Both the position numbers and the translations under genes were made by a program. From contig CAZFEN010000002.1 in assembly GCA_964517765.1 (NCBI GenBank), positions 7,568-71,567 on the forward strand: a stretch of DNA of 64,000 bases, given 5' to 3'. This document shows positions 50,603 through 61,392 of this stretch, one piece after another (the first letter of the stretch is position 1; each line of letters begins with the position of its first letter). The notes under the pieces are model-generated. The model saw only the letters and a list, made by a program, of their open reading frames with translations, was not told the DNA's origin and did not search any database. The DNA is from an uncultured Actinomycetota bacterium. Lineage in GTDB: Bacteria; Actinomycetota; Humimicrobiia; Humimicrobiales; Humimicrobiaceae.

Positions 50603-51892
50603 TTATTGTGACATAATCTTCTTTAGATTATATATGAAGCCCGGAAAGGAGGTATTGATACAATCGGAATCAAGAATAGTCACATTTCCTTTTGAAAGCA
50701 GAGCCAGTATCGAAAGAGACATTGCCACTCTGTGGTCCATAAAGCTTTCTACCACTCCCTCACCCGCTCGAAAATCAACATCTCCCTTTATTATCATGCC
50801 ATCTTCTTTTTCTTTTATATCTACTCCCAGTTTTTTAAATTGACTTACGATAGACTTTATTCTATCGCTTTCTTTAAACCTTAATTCTCCTGCATCTCCG
50901 ATCACTGTTTTTCCTCTTGCTGCTGCTGCTGCGACGCATAATATTGGAATCTCATCAATTATGCCTGGAATTTTTTCCTTCCCTATTTCTATGGAATTTA
51001 ATTTACTCGAAAATGCTTCAATGTCCACAACCGGCTCATTGTTTATAATTCTCTGATTTTTTATAACTATTTTACCGCCCATTTGTCTGAGAATCTCAAT
51101 GAAGTAGCTTCTGATAGGATTCATACCAATGTCTTTCATCAAAGTATGGGAATTTTTCAAAACAAGAGCGGCTACAATAAAGAAAGCCGCCGAAGAAATA
51201 TCTCCCGGAATGTAAATTTTCCTCGCACTTAATTTTTTACCTGGATTTAATTTTGTATATTTACCATCATAGGTTATATCGGCTCCAAAATACTGAAGCA
51301 TGCGTTCTGTATGATCTCTTGAGACCTGGGGCTGTATTATCTCGGTTGTCCCCCTGGCATTAAGTGCTGCCATAAGAATACAGGATTTGACCTGAGCGCT
51401 CGATACTTTTAGTTCAAATTTTTTCCCTTCAAGATCCTGATTTCCGATTATTACCAGGGGAGCTTTTGTATTGTTCTCTCTCCCATTGATTTTTGCACCC
51501 ATTTCCTGCAGCGGTTTTATTATTCTTCCCATCGGTCTGCTATTTATTGATTTATCTCCGCTTAAAACCGACATAAAATTAGTCGCAGATAATAAACCGC
51601 TCATTATTCTGATTGTAGTTCCGGCATTTCCCACATCCAGTATTTCATCGGGTTCCTTTAAGTTCTTAATGCCCTTTCCGTACACTATTAAATTACCGTT
51701 TATTTTTTCTATTTTTACGCCTAATTTATTTAAAATATCCAGGGTTTTTATACAATCCTGACAGAATAAAAAATTTTCTATCACCACATTATTGTGGGTT
51801 ATGGAAGATAAGATCACGCTTCTGTGAGAAATTGACTTATCGCCGGGAATTTTAAATTCTCCTTTTATATTTTTTACTCCATGTATTTCCAT
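50603..51892 (-). CDS. aroA: 3-phosphoshikimate 1-carboxyvinyltransferase (EPSP synthase)
   Basis: PGDKSISHR motif; two-domain EPSPS length. Confidence 0.9.
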   Translation of the reverse strand: MEIHGVKNIKGEFKIPGDKSISHRSVILSSITHNNVVIENFLFCQDCIKTLDILNKLGVKIEKINGNLIVYGKGIKNLKEPDEILDVGNAGTTIRIMSGLLSATNFMSVLSGDKSINSRPMGRIIKPLQEMGAKINGRENNTKAPLVIIGNQDLEGKKFELKVSSAQVKSCILMAALNARGTTEIIQPQVSRDHTERMLQYFGADITYDGKYTKLNPGKKLSARKIYIPGDISSAAFFIVAALVLKNSHTLMKDIGMNPIRSYFIEILRQMGGKIVIKNQRIINNEPVVDIEAFSSKLNSIEIGKEKIPGIIDEIPILCVAAAAARGKTVIGDAGELRFKESDRIKSIVSQFKKLGVDIKEKEDGMIIKGDVDFRAGEGVVESFMDHRVAMSLSILALLSKGNVTILDSDCINTSFPGFIYNLKKIMSQ

Positions 51893-51894
51893 TA

Positions 51895-53016
51895 TTACTC
51901 ACCAAACACTTTTTTTACACTTACTTCGTAACCCGTTTTTTCAATTGCTTCTTTCGTAATCTTACCGGCATCTTCACCTTGAACAAGTACTTTAAGGATT
52001 CCTCCTCCACTGAATTCCGTTGAATGAAAAATAGATATGTCTTCAATGTTTATTCCATGCGAACTTATAGCCTGTGTTATCTCGCTTAAAACTCCTGCTC
52101 TATCAGTCATGGAGACTCTGATTTCATATAGCTTCGAAATGTCCTTCTCCACATATTTAGGAAGGTTGACTCTGGCTTTTTGAGCTTTGAGGTAATGATT
52201 TTTTATTGATTTGGAGTCTCGCTGTTTAAGAAATATCTTAAATTTTGAAAGATATTTTATATAATTATCTATTGATTTTATTAATACTTCTTTATTTTCC
52301 AGACTTATATCCAGCCACATTTTCGTATTGGCAGCAGCTATTCTGGTCATGTCTCTAAAACCCCCCGCACATAGTTTAAATAAATTTTTCATCTTCTTTT
52401 GTTCATCATCTATCATGTCAACAAGGTTTGTTGAAAGGATATGAGGCAAATGACTGATAAGTGCTACATTTTCATCATGTTCCCTCGGATTCATAGAGAT
52501 CACTTTTGCACCGATTTTCGTAAATAAGGAGTGCAGCGCAACAAGTGGTTCGGATACAGTAATATCGGTAGGGGTAAGAATATAAAACGTATTCCTGAAT
52601 AATTCCGGAGTGGCGCTCAGGATACCTTCATTCTCGGATCCTGCCATTGGATGTCCTCCTATGAAAAATACACCTTCGGGTAATATTTTGCTTATTCTTT
52701 GAACTATCTTTTCTTTAGCGCTTCCTACATCCGTAATAATCGCTCCCTTTTTTAAATAATTCTTAATATGTTCTACAACTTCGACTATTTTACTTATCGG
52801 AGTCGCTATTATTATTAAATCTGCGTCAGACGCAGCTTCTTTATAATCTCTGGCAATAATATCGATTACGTTTCTGTATTTGGCAATATTCATTGCTTCA
52901 CCTTCTACATCGTAACCGGTAATTTTGAAATCCTTACCTGTATTTTTTAGAGATAAAGCCATAGATCCGCCAATAAGTCCGAGTCCTATTACGGTTATTT
53001 TTCTAATATTTTTCAT
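51895..53016 (-). CDS. tyrA: Prephenate dehydrogenase with C-terminal ACT domain
   Basis: ITVIGLGLIGGS Rossmann motif, the PDH core, and a C-terminal ACT-like segment (RVSMTDRAGVLSEIT). Confidence 0.85.
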   Translation of the reverse strand: MKNIRKITVIGLGLIGGSMALSLKNTGKDFKITGYDVEGEAMNIAKYRNVIDIIARDYKEAASDADLIIIATPISKIVEVVEHIKNYLKKGAIITDVGSAKEKIVQRISKILPEGVFFIGGHPMAGSENEGILSATPELFRNTFYILTPTDITVSEPLVALHSLFTKIGAKVISMNPREHDENVALISHLPHILSTNLVDMIDDEQKKMKNLFKLCAGGFRDMTRIAAANTKMWLDISLENKEVLIKSIDNYIKYLSKFKIFLKQRDSKSIKNHYLKAQKARVNLPKYVEKDISKLYEIRVSMTDRAGVLSEITQAISSHGINIEDISIFHSTEFSGGGILKVLVQGEDAGKITKEAIEKTGYEVSVKKVFGE

Positions 53017-53211
53017 TTTATGACAGTCCTATAATAAGAATACTGATATTATCAGAAGTTTATAGAAATATTTTAATACTATATAAAATTTATCATATTT
53101 TGTGAATAACAATTTAATTGGTATTATTTATTTTACTATAGTTTTTATTTTTATTAATTAAAAAAAATATATTAATTTTCTGAAATCTTGTGAATTTTTC
53201 TACTTAATCTA

Positions 53212-53240
53212 TTGACAACATTTTTCAATTTTGATATCTT
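53212..53240 (+). promoter_or_regulatory. Orphan sigma-A-like promoter on the plus strand
   Basis: TTGACA (53212-53217), a 17-bp spacer, then TATCTT (53235-53240). Confidence 0.4.
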
Positions 53241-53354
53241 TTTATCATCCAGGAAGAGGAGGCAACTTTTAAATATAACTGATATTTATTTTCGAAAGAG
53301 AGTAAGTGAGAGGTTAATAATTTGAAAAGTCCCTGAGAAAAGTTCCCGGATATG

Positions 53355-53414
53355 CCCCGAGATGTTTAGTAGTCTAATGCGCTAGCTATGACAAAAGATA
53401 ACTCGGGGTTTTTT
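53355..53414 (+). terminator. Intrinsic terminator on the plus strand (GC stem + T6); ends a ~170-nt non-coding transcript
   Basis: CCCCGAG (53355-53361) … CTCGGGG (53402-53408) followed by TTTTTT. No ORF or plus-strand gene lies downstream. Confidence 0.5.
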
Positions 53415-53452
53415 AATGGAAAAAATGTTACTGACAACCGGAGCTATTTATT

Positions 53453-54199
53453 TTATGCCTCTTTTATTTCAACTTCGCTTTTCCTGGGTCTTAAAATGTA
53501 AATAATGGCAATACTTATTCCGGCAAAAATAAACAACATTACTTCAGACAGAAAAATTCCAAATCTATAATTTATATAAATTGCTACAAAATCTATTATC
53601 ATATGATATAGTATCGAAACTAAAATAAAATAATATTTTCTCTTCAGGAAAGCATACATAACCAGAACAGAAAGAGAAATCTGGATAGCAATGGTTAAAA
53701 TTCTTTCCAGTGCACCGACGAGCGGCAAATACCAGGCAATATCGGCTACTTGCTGCAATAAATCTGCAGGTAAGATACCTGGAAATAGTCTGTAAATAAT
53801 AAAGTTGACCAGAACCGAAATACCGACAAAAATCATGGATTCTCCCCCGCCGCCATGCCCTATTCCATACATTACTGCTTTTTCATAGCTTCTCGATTTT
53901 ATAATAAACCCAAATGCCAGTGCTCTTACTCCTTCTTCGAAAATCCCTGCAGTAAACGACGCAAATAAACCAGCCAGCATAAGAGCCATAACCCCGGTAA
54001 AATTACGCCCGATATATAAGGAAAAAATATTGTTAAGCGGTATTCTACAAAGCGAAACAAGAAATAGAAGAATTCCAAGAAAAAACAATGCCCAGGAAAC
54101 CTTATATTTTTTCCACATATAGAATGCGAGTATTACTGGCACGCCTATTTCTATCGCAATAGAAACTATATAAGAAATGTTGATAAGTATATCATCCAC
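53453..54199 (-). CDS. YhfC/CPBP-like intramembrane metalloprotease family membrane protein
   Basis: Seven or more TM helices with an EExxR motif (IFEEGVRAL) and an HxxxD motif (YHMIIDF). Confidence 0.55.
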   Translation of the reverse strand: MDDILINISYIVSIAIEIGVPVILAFYMWKKYKVSWALFFLGILLFLVSLCRIPLNNIFSLYIGRNFTGVMALMLAGLFASFTAGIFEEGVRALAFGFIIKSRSYEKAVMYGIGHGGGGESMIFVGISVLVNFIIYRLFPGILPADLLQQVADIAWYLPLVGALERILTIAIQISLSVLVMYAFLKRKYYFILVSILYHMIIDFVAIYINYRFGIFLSEVMLFIFAGISIAIIYILRPRKSEVEIKEA

Positions 54200-54235
54200 T
54201 TTTTGACCTCACCTGGTCAAATAACGATACTACTT

Positions 54236-56251
54236 CTATAAGCTGCTCAGTATCTGTAGAAAAATATTTATTAGATTAGGATCAAATTGAGTTCCGGCAT
54301 ATCTTTCAAGCTCTTCCATTGCTTTTTTCTTACTGATTGCTTTCCGATAACACCGGTCATGGGTCATCACATCATATGAGTCTACTATCGATATTATCCT
54401 CGATACCAATGGAATCTCTTTACCCTTTAGTCCACGCGGGTAACCGGTCCCATCCCACCATTCATGATGCGATAAGACTGCATCTGCAATAGGTACTAAT
54501 TGCGGAGATGACGCAGTAATATTAAAGCCGATTTCAGGATGCCTTTTTACGATCCCCCATTCTTTTCTTGTCAATTTTCCTTTTTTCATGAGAATATCAT
54601 CAGGTATAGCTATTTTCCCAATATCATGCAGAGCCGAAAGTAATATTAATTCATTTAATTTATTTTCCGTAAGTTTTAAAGATTGACCAAGGACCAATGC
54701 CATATCCTTCAATCGTAATGCATGCTCTTCGGTTTCATAACTTTTTTCCTGAAGCGTTCTTTCAAGTGATGAAATTATAGAACTGGATATACTTCTTCTT
54801 TCCAGCAATTTCCTTCGGTACATCCAGTCTTCAGCTTCTTTTACAGTCATCCTGATATCATAATTGCAGTTCTTTTTTGTAGAGGTTCCCAGAGATATGC
54901 TTACGGGTATCTTTTGGTCACCGGTTTTAAAACACACATCTCTTATCCTATTTAATATTTCTTCCGCATCATCTTCGGTAGTTTTAGGTAGCAGTATAGA
55001 AAATTCGTCTCCACCCCATCTTGCGATTATATCTTCTTCCCTGCAGCAGCTTTTTATTATCCTGGCTATCTTTTTTAATAATTTATCCCCTTCTCTATGA
55101 CCAAAAGTATCATTTATAACCTTTAAACTATTTACATCCCCCATTATGATACTTAAAGGAAACTGCCTCTTGGTATTAAGTCTTTTGATTTCTTCTTCAA
55201 AATACGCACGGTTATACAAGCCGGTCAGTTTATCCTTCATAGACAGATATTTGATTTCTTTTTCAGTTTCTTTACGTTCCAGAGCATTGGCAAGAATCTC
55301 CCCCAATAATTTTAAAAGAGTTATATCATTTTTTGTCCATATTGTCTTAGTTTTTATTGACTCGAATCCAAGGAATCCGGTAAGGACACTGCCACAAATA
55401 ATTGGAATTGCTATAATTGATTTTATTCTCTGTGATCCAAGAAACTTTTTTTCTTTCTTTTCTTCAGGTCTGAGTTTAGAAACATCCTGGATATAAACCG
55501 GTTCGAAATATTCCAGCTTTTTTAAACACCATGACATTTTTTTGACACTTATCTCTTCAAGTTTTTTTATTCTCGATTTAAAATCTTCGGCACACCACTC
55601 ATGAGTTTTTTTAATCATTGATCTATTGTCATTGAATAAATATATATAACTTCTGTCAGATCCGGTAAACTTTCCAACTTCTTTAAGCGTATAATTCATT
55701 CCATCATCCATTTCATCCGGTAAAAGTTTTATGAATTTTGTTGACAATGTGGTAACAAGACTTTCAAATTTTATTCTGAAATTCAGTGATTTATTTATCT
55801 TCGTTTGTTTTGTAATATCCCTTAGCACGATTACTTTACCTATAAGTTTTCTCTTACGATAAGTGATGGGACTTATTATCATATTATAATACTTTATTTC
55901 ATCCTTATCCCTGATAGTTATGTCTGTTTTTAATTCGGGATTTTCAATTTCATTATTTAAATAATCATAATAATCTGTCAATATATCGGTTATGTGTTTT
56001 CCAATAAAATCTTTATTATGGTATTTAAACATATTCCGGGCCGATGGATTTAGATATAACATTCGATTTCCATTATCCAGAACAATAATGAAATCTCTTA
56101 TACTATTAAAAATGGTCTCCCACGCAGTAGCCATTAACAATCCTATCCTAAAACCCGGAGTTTTTTTATTTCTCAGAAGCAAATAGATGGCTATTAAAGC
56201 AACGATTCCAAAAAATAATATGGTGATGTGTAGCGAATACCGCAAATTCAT
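54236..56251 (-). CDS. Membrane-anchored PAS/GAF sensor protein with GGDEF diguanylate cyclase + HD-GYP phosphodiesterase domains
   Basis: GGDEF motif RWGGDEFSILL; HD-GYP motifs (ALHDIGK … HHEWWDGTGYP). Confidence 0.8.
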   Translation of the reverse strand: MNLRYSLHITILFFGIVALIAIYLLLRNKKTPGFRIGLLMATAWETIFNSIRDFIIVLDNGNRMLYLNPSARNMFKYHNKDFIGKHITDILTDYYDYLNNEIENPELKTDITIRDKDEIKYYNMIISPITYRKRKLIGKVIVLRDITKQTKINKSLNFRIKFESLVTTLSTKFIKLLPDEMDDGMNYTLKEVGKFTGSDRSYIYLFNDNRSMIKKTHEWCAEDFKSRIKKLEEISVKKMSWCLKKLEYFEPVYIQDVSKLRPEEKKEKKFLGSQRIKSIIAIPIICGSVLTGFLGFESIKTKTIWTKNDITLLKLLGEILANALERKETEKEIKYLSMKDKLTGLYNRAYFEEEIKRLNTKRQFPLSIIMGDVNSLKVINDTFGHREGDKLLKKIARIIKSCCREEDIIARWGGDEFSILLPKTTEDDAEEILNRIRDVCFKTGDQKIPVSISLGTSTKKNCNYDIRMTVKEAEDWMYRRKLLERRSISSSIISSLERTLQEKSYETEEHALRLKDMALVLGQSLKLTENKLNELILLSALHDIGKIAIPDDILMKKGKLTRKEWGIVKRHPEIGFNITASSPQLVPIADAVLSHHEWWDGTGYPRGLKGKEIPLVSRIISIVDSYDVMTHDRCYRKAISKKKAMEELERYAGTQFDPNLINIFLQILSSL

Positions 56252-56420
56252 AACTATATATTTTATTCCTTATATTATTACATATTCATTAATATTTAAT
56301 GCCAAAGTTTTACGTGTATATTTATTATATATTATTATTAATTTGTATTATAAGATAATAAGTTAATATATTATCATATGTTTATATTAAATTACAAATA
56401 TTTTTATAGTTAATATTTAA

Positions 56421-58250
56421 TCATGCAATTAGTTCTTTGACTTTATCTATAATCGCCATACTGGATATTCCCTCATAATTCAATAGTTCATCCGGTTTCC
56501 CGCTTCTGGGTATTTTACTTACTGCGAGACTATAAACCGGGCATTTAACTGATGCGACACTTCTTATAGCTTCCCCCAGACCTCCTTCTGCGTAATGATC
56601 TTCGACAGTTAAAATTGCTCCGGTTTCCTCCTGTGCTTTTATAATGGTATCCCGATCTACTGGCTTAATGCTATAAACATCGATTACTCTTATTGTTATA
56701 TCCTCTTTCTTCAACTCTTCGTAAGCTTTCAATGCTTCGTGTAATGTTATTCCTGCTGCACATACCGTTACTATGTCATTTTTACTCTGCTTTATTATTT
56801 TGCTCCCACCAATTTTAAAAATATCTTTTTCATCATAAATGATCGGCGTATCCATTCGGGTAGTTCTGATATAGACATTTCCGAAATGACCCGCAGCTTC
56901 TTCCACCAATTTTTCGGTACTTATTCCATCCGATGGATATAATACGACACTATTATTAAGGGTCCTGAACATGGCGATATCTTCCAGCCCCATCTGCGAT
57001 GAGCCATCTTCTCCAATCGATACTCCCGAGTGCGAACCTATAAATTTTATATTTGTATTAGAGTACTGACTCATTCTTATCTGATCAAACGCCCTTGAAA
57101 GAAATGCCGCAAATGTAGAGACAAAAGGAATTTTACCTCTCAGAGATAATCCGATCGCGGTACCTATCATATTCTGTTCGGCTATATACATCTCAAAAAA
57201 TCTTTGTGGAAAATATTTTTTGAATATTTCAGAAAATGTTGAATTACTGACTTCAGCATCAAGAACAACCATTTTGGGATATTTTAAAAATATATTTACC
57301 AGTGCATTTCCATATGCTTTCCTTGTTGAAATTTTATCTTTCGCCATGGGAATCTTATCGTACGGTTTTATTTTTTCTTCATTTATGACAATTCTTTGCG
57401 GTTCAGCAATAATCCCCCTTATACTTTTATCGATACTACCAAATTCATTCAAAGCTGCATCCAGCTGCTCCTTTGACATTGTCTTACCATGCCATCCATC
57501 TATATTCTCCAGCTGACTCACGCCCTTGCCTTTTATTGTTTTTGCTATTATCATTGTGGGCCTGTCTTTTACCGTTAAGGCAAATTTATAAGCATTTATA
57601 ATTTCTTCTGTATCATGGCCATCAATTGCAATAGTTTCCCATCCAAATGAAGATATCCTATCCTTATATGCCCTGATATCCCAGCCATACATCGTTTCAC
57701 CTCTTTGCCCCAATCTGTTGACATCCAGGATACCTATAAGGTTATTTAGTTTATAATGAACCGCAACCTGAATAGCTTCCCATTGTGAACCTTCGGTCAT
57801 TTCACTATCACCAAGCAGGACATATGTATAATAAGGCAACTTATCCAGATATTTGGCATTCAGGGCCATTCCCAGACCTATTGAGAGCCCCTGTCCAAGT
57901 GATCCGGTAGAAGCTTCGGAATATGGAAAACCTGGTGTGGGATGTCCTTCCAATCTGCTTCCAAACTTCCTTAGTGTCAGCAGTTCTTCTTCACCTAAAG
58001 CTCCTGCCGCTGCCCATAATGAATACATCAAAGGAGAAGCATGCCCTTTTGAAAAAATTATCCGGTCATTATTTGCATACTTGATATCATTGATTCTAAA
58101 TCTAAAGAATCCTCCAAAAAATAATACAGACATCAGCTCGACTGCTGATAGTGAAGAAGATGGATGTCCGGATCCGGCTTTTGTGGTTGATATCAATATA
58201 AAATATCTGATAAGTTTTGATAATTTATCCAGTTTTTCTTTGTTCGTCAT
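56421..58250 (-). CDS. tkt: Transketolase. Start set at the internal ATG preceded by GGAG; the ORF track starts 5 codons upstream.
   Basis: TPP-binding N-terminal domain (SGHPSSS…KGHASPLMYSLW…GHP…TGSLGQGLSIGLGMA), pyrimidine-binding domain, and C-terminal domain. Confidence 0.8.
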   Translation of the reverse strand: MTNKEKLDKLSKLIRYFILISTTKAGSGHPSSSLSAVELMSVLFFGGFFRFRINDIKYANNDRIIFSKGHASPLMYSLWAAAGALGEEELLTLRKFGSRLEGHPTPGFPYSEASTGSLGQGLSIGLGMALNAKYLDKLPYYTYVLLGDSEMTEGSQWEAIQVAVHYKLNNLIGILDVNRLGQRGETMYGWDIRAYKDRISSFGWETIAIDGHDTEEIINAYKFALTVKDRPTMIIAKTIKGKGVSQLENIDGWHGKTMSKEQLDAALNEFGSIDKSIRGIIAEPQRIVINEEKIKPYDKIPMAKDKISTRKAYGNALVNIFLKYPKMVVLDAEVSNSTFSEIFKKYFPQRFFEMYIAEQNMIGTAIGLSLRGKIPFVSTFAAFLSRAFDQIRMSQYSNTNIKFIGSHSGVSIGEDGSSQMGLEDIAMFRTLNNSVVLYPSDGISTEKLVEEAAGHFGNVYIRTTRMDTPIIYDEKDIFKIGGSKIIKQSKNDIVTVCAAGITLHEALKAYEELKKEDITIRVIDVYSIKPVDRDTIIKAQEETGAILTVEDHYAEGGLGEAIRSVASVKCPVYSLAVSKIPRSGKPDELLNYEGISSMAIIDKVKELIA

Positions 58251-58291
58251 TTTTACTCCAATCATATTTATTTATTATTTTAAAACTATAA

Positions 58292-59728
58292 CTAAATCGA
58301 TACTTTGGGCCCTACACTTCCCTTTTTATATGTATAAAGCTCGTTTTTACCCCAGTTATTAAGCACTGGGGTGATGAATCTCCAGGTATATCTGATCTCT
58401 TCCGTACTTGTAAACAGTGTCTGGTCACCACCAAAACAGTCAAGCAGTACTTTTTCATATTCTCCTGCTTTTATTTCCATTCCTCTATTATAATTAAAAA
58501 CAAAATCCCTGGACTCCAATTCCTGCAGAAAACCTGGTTTTTTACTCCAGAAACGTATAAATATCCCCTCTTCAGGGTAAATCTTTATTGTGAATATATT
58601 CTGATAATAGTGATTTTTGTAAGAATCCGGACAAATAAGCTTACTTACCTCTCTGAAATATATAATAATTTCTATTCTTTTCTCTTTTAGTGCCTTACCA
58701 CTTTCCAGATAAAAAGGAACATTTCCCCACCTGCTGTTATTCAAAAACGATTTGATCCTAAAATATGTCTCAGTATTTGAATCCGGACTGACACCTTTTA
58801 TATTTCTATAGCCCTCATATTGTCCTTTTATAGCAAATTGTTTAGTCAATTTTATCGTATTTATCGGCATAATTGAATTAAAAACTTCTGCACGTTTTTT
58901 TCTTATTGAACCGGCCGATAGACTCTCCGGACATTCCATGGTGACGAGTGCAAGCATTTGGAGTAAATGATTCTGGCCCACATCTCTCAATGCACCAATA
59001 CTGTCATAATAAGAACCCCTGCTCTCGACATCTTCTTTCTCCAATAATTTTATCTCGACTTTTTTAATGAATCTACTGTTCCATAATGGTTCAAAAATTA
59101 CATTTGAAAATCTAAAAAAAATTATGTTCCTGATGGTATCTTTTGCGAGATAGTGATCTATCCTGTAAATTTGCTTTTCTTTAAATAATTTTGCCATTAT
59201 ATTATCAAGTTTGATTGCAGTATTAATATCTCTTCCGAATGGTTTTTCTATCAGAATGCGGGTCCATCCGGCTTCATCACTGCAGGACATTGTCAATCCC
59301 GAAACAGACAGGTTATTTAGGATTTCCAGATAAAAATTTGGAGGCACAGCCAGATAATAAAGCTTATTAGCACACATATTCAGTACATTTCCATTCTTAT
59401 TCAATTTATGCCTTATATTTTTATAAGCATTTATATCCCCAAAAAAGCCTTTTTGATAGATTATTTTATTTAGAAAACCGGTTAGATCCTCTTTTGAATA
59501 TTTTAAATCTATATTCTTTATAGCTTCTTTGATTAAAAAATTTCTGAATTGTTCATCAGTGTAATCCCTTCTTGAGAATCCTATGATCTGAAATATATCC
59601 GGCATAAAACCTTTACAATATAAATTAAAAAGAGCTTCAGTAAGCTTTCTCCTTACCAGGTCTCCTGTTGCTCCAAATATTACCAGGGTTGTTGGAGTAT
59701 GTATTTTATATTTGTTATTTTTAATCAT
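58292..59728 (-). CDS. zwf: Glucose-6-phosphate 1-dehydrogenase
   Basis: VIFGATGDL NADP motif, and the active-site RIDHYLAK-type segment (YRIDHYLAKD). Confidence 0.9.
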   Translation of the reverse strand: MIKNNKYKIHTPTTLVIFGATGDLVRRKLTEALFNLYCKGFMPDIFQIIGFSRRDYTDEQFRNFLIKEAIKNIDLKYSKEDLTGFLNKIIYQKGFFGDINAYKNIRHKLNKNGNVLNMCANKLYYLAVPPNFYLEILNNLSVSGLTMSCSDEAGWTRILIEKPFGRDINTAIKLDNIMAKLFKEKQIYRIDHYLAKDTIRNIIFFRFSNVIFEPLWNSRFIKKVEIKLLEKEDVESRGSYYDSIGALRDVGQNHLLQMLALVTMECPESLSAGSIRKKRAEVFNSIMPINTIKLTKQFAIKGQYEGYRNIKGVSPDSNTETYFRIKSFLNNSRWGNVPFYLESGKALKEKRIEIIIYFREVSKLICPDSYKNHYYQNIFTIKIYPEEGIFIRFWSKKPGFLQELESRDFVFNYNRGMEIKAGEYEKVLLDCFGGDQTLFTSTEEIRYTWRFITPVLNNWGKNELYTYKKGSVGPKVSI

Positions 59729-59818
59729 CCCCGGCTTTTGATAAAAGATAAAAAACTAATTAAAGATTTTATTTATTAAATATCAAAAAATAATAATTGT
59801 AAAGATACCGATAAGCTT

Positions 59819-61207
59819 TTATTCTGGTTCTACGTGAATTACGATTTCGCTTATGTTTTTGAATTTTTTCTTTATATCATCTTCTATTTTCGTTATTATG
59901 GAATGTGCCTTTTTAACATCGAGATCTTTCTTAAGTCTGCAGTGAAACGCCAGATTGCATGATCCTTCCTTCTCAAGTAAGGTAAAATTATGGCACGTTT
60001 CGGGACCTACATATAATGATATCTCATCTTTGATATCGGAAATAACTTTATCGGATTTTTCAGTTATATCGTTCCAACTTTCACTGCTTCTTGAATCTTC
60101 GATATGAATATATACACTGCGTATGTTTTCTATCTTTTCTTTAATCTTTTCTTCGGTGATCTTTGTCAATTTTTCGGTTTCTTCAAGTTTCAAATATTTA
60201 TTCAATTCTATATGGATTGAAATATCAATTAAGTTATCGACATTATATATAAAAATATTATGAATATCTTTTACATATTGTTGATTTAATATAATTTCTT
60301 TTACGTATTGCTCTATATTGTCTTTAGAAGGCAGGGATCTTATTTCTATGAGTGTTTCCGAATCCGGGATATTGCTTCTGATTTTATTTTTTATTCTCTC
60401 CTTGATTTTTTCAACCTGTGATAAATAAAAATTACTTTTCAAACAGATTTCCAGATTTATAAACTTTATATTTCCGACTTCATGTATTTTTATTTTATTG
60501 ACAGATTTTATCTCCCTTATGTCCTGTAATATTTTTGAGACCTTATCGGTGATCTCTTTTGGAATATAGTCCATTAGATTTCTTACCGTACTGATTAAGA
60601 GTTTTGAACAAAAAATCAAAACAATAACAGAAACTATTATGGAAGAAATAGGATCGGCAAGTTTAAATCCTGTATTTGCGATCAGCAGTCCGATTATTAC
60701 AACAATCGAGCTTACAATATCGCTGGAATAATTTAAAAAATCCGCCTTAAACGCAAAAGAATTATATTTTCTTGCGGCTCTTCCAATGTAAAAGACTCTT
60801 ATTATATTTAAAACTATCGATATTGCCAGGATCAAAAATATATACCAGTTCAATTTTAATTCAAAATCTCTACTGATTATTCTCTGGATCGATTTATATA
60901 TAATAAAAAAGCACAGTGCGGAAATTATGCTGGTTTCTAAAAAAGCAGAAAGATTCTCATATTTTCCATGACCGTAAGTATGATCTTTATCGGCAGGTCT
61001 TGTTGATATTCTTATTGCCAGAAAGGTTATGAGAACAGTTACGATATCCAGACCATTATTTAAAGCTTCTGAAAAGACGCCCATACTTTTTGTAAAGCAA
61101 GCTATTGCAATCTTTACAACAACCAGAAAGACAGATACCAGCAAGGAAAAAAGTGCTATATTTCTTTTGTTTGAATTTCCTAAAACTATTGATTTGTCTT
61201 TTTTCAT
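59819..61207 (-). CDS. Cation diffusion facilitator (CDF) family transporter with an extended, apparently duplicated cytoplasmic C-terminal domain
   Basis: Six TM helices, HxxxD-type metal sites (DKDHTYGHGK), and a ~170-aa C-terminal extension. Confidence 0.8.
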   Translation of the reverse strand: MKKDKSIVLGNSNKRNIALFSLLVSVFLVVVKIAIACFTKSMGVFSEALNNGLDIVTVLITFLAIRISTRPADKDHTYGHGKYENLSAFLETSIISALCFFIIYKSIQRIISRDFELKLNWYIFLILAISIVLNIIRVFYIGRAARKYNSFAFKADFLNYSSDIVSSIVVIIGLLIANTGFKLADPISSIIVSVIVLIFCSKLLISTVRNLMDYIPKEITDKVSKILQDIREIKSVNKIKIHEVGNIKFINLEICLKSNFYLSQVEKIKERIKNKIRSNIPDSETLIEIRSLPSKDNIEQYVKEIILNQQYVKDIHNIFIYNVDNLIDISIHIELNKYLKLEETEKLTKITEEKIKEKIENIRSVYIHIEDSRSSESWNDITEKSDKVISDIKDEISLYVGPETCHNFTLLEKEGSCNLAFHCRLKKDLDVKKAHSIITKIEDDIKKKFKNISEIVIHVEPE

Positions 61208-61392
61208 GTTATTGGAAATATTAATATTTAATAAAATTAATACCCATAAACCCGGGAGTCACAATATATATAAATATATTTTTTTACTATATTTATCCTA
61301 TTCTAACCTGTCTAATTTTAGTATAAAATATCACTATTTATAAGATGCAATTTTAATATTTTACTTCTTTTCTTTTACTTAAAAACTATATT

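Noticed and set aside
53318-53332. CUGAGA motif suggesting a TPP riboswitch.
   Set aside because: The other THI-box elements (GGGGUGCCC, AACCUGAUC, GGGA pairing) are absent, and there is no downstream thiamine gene.
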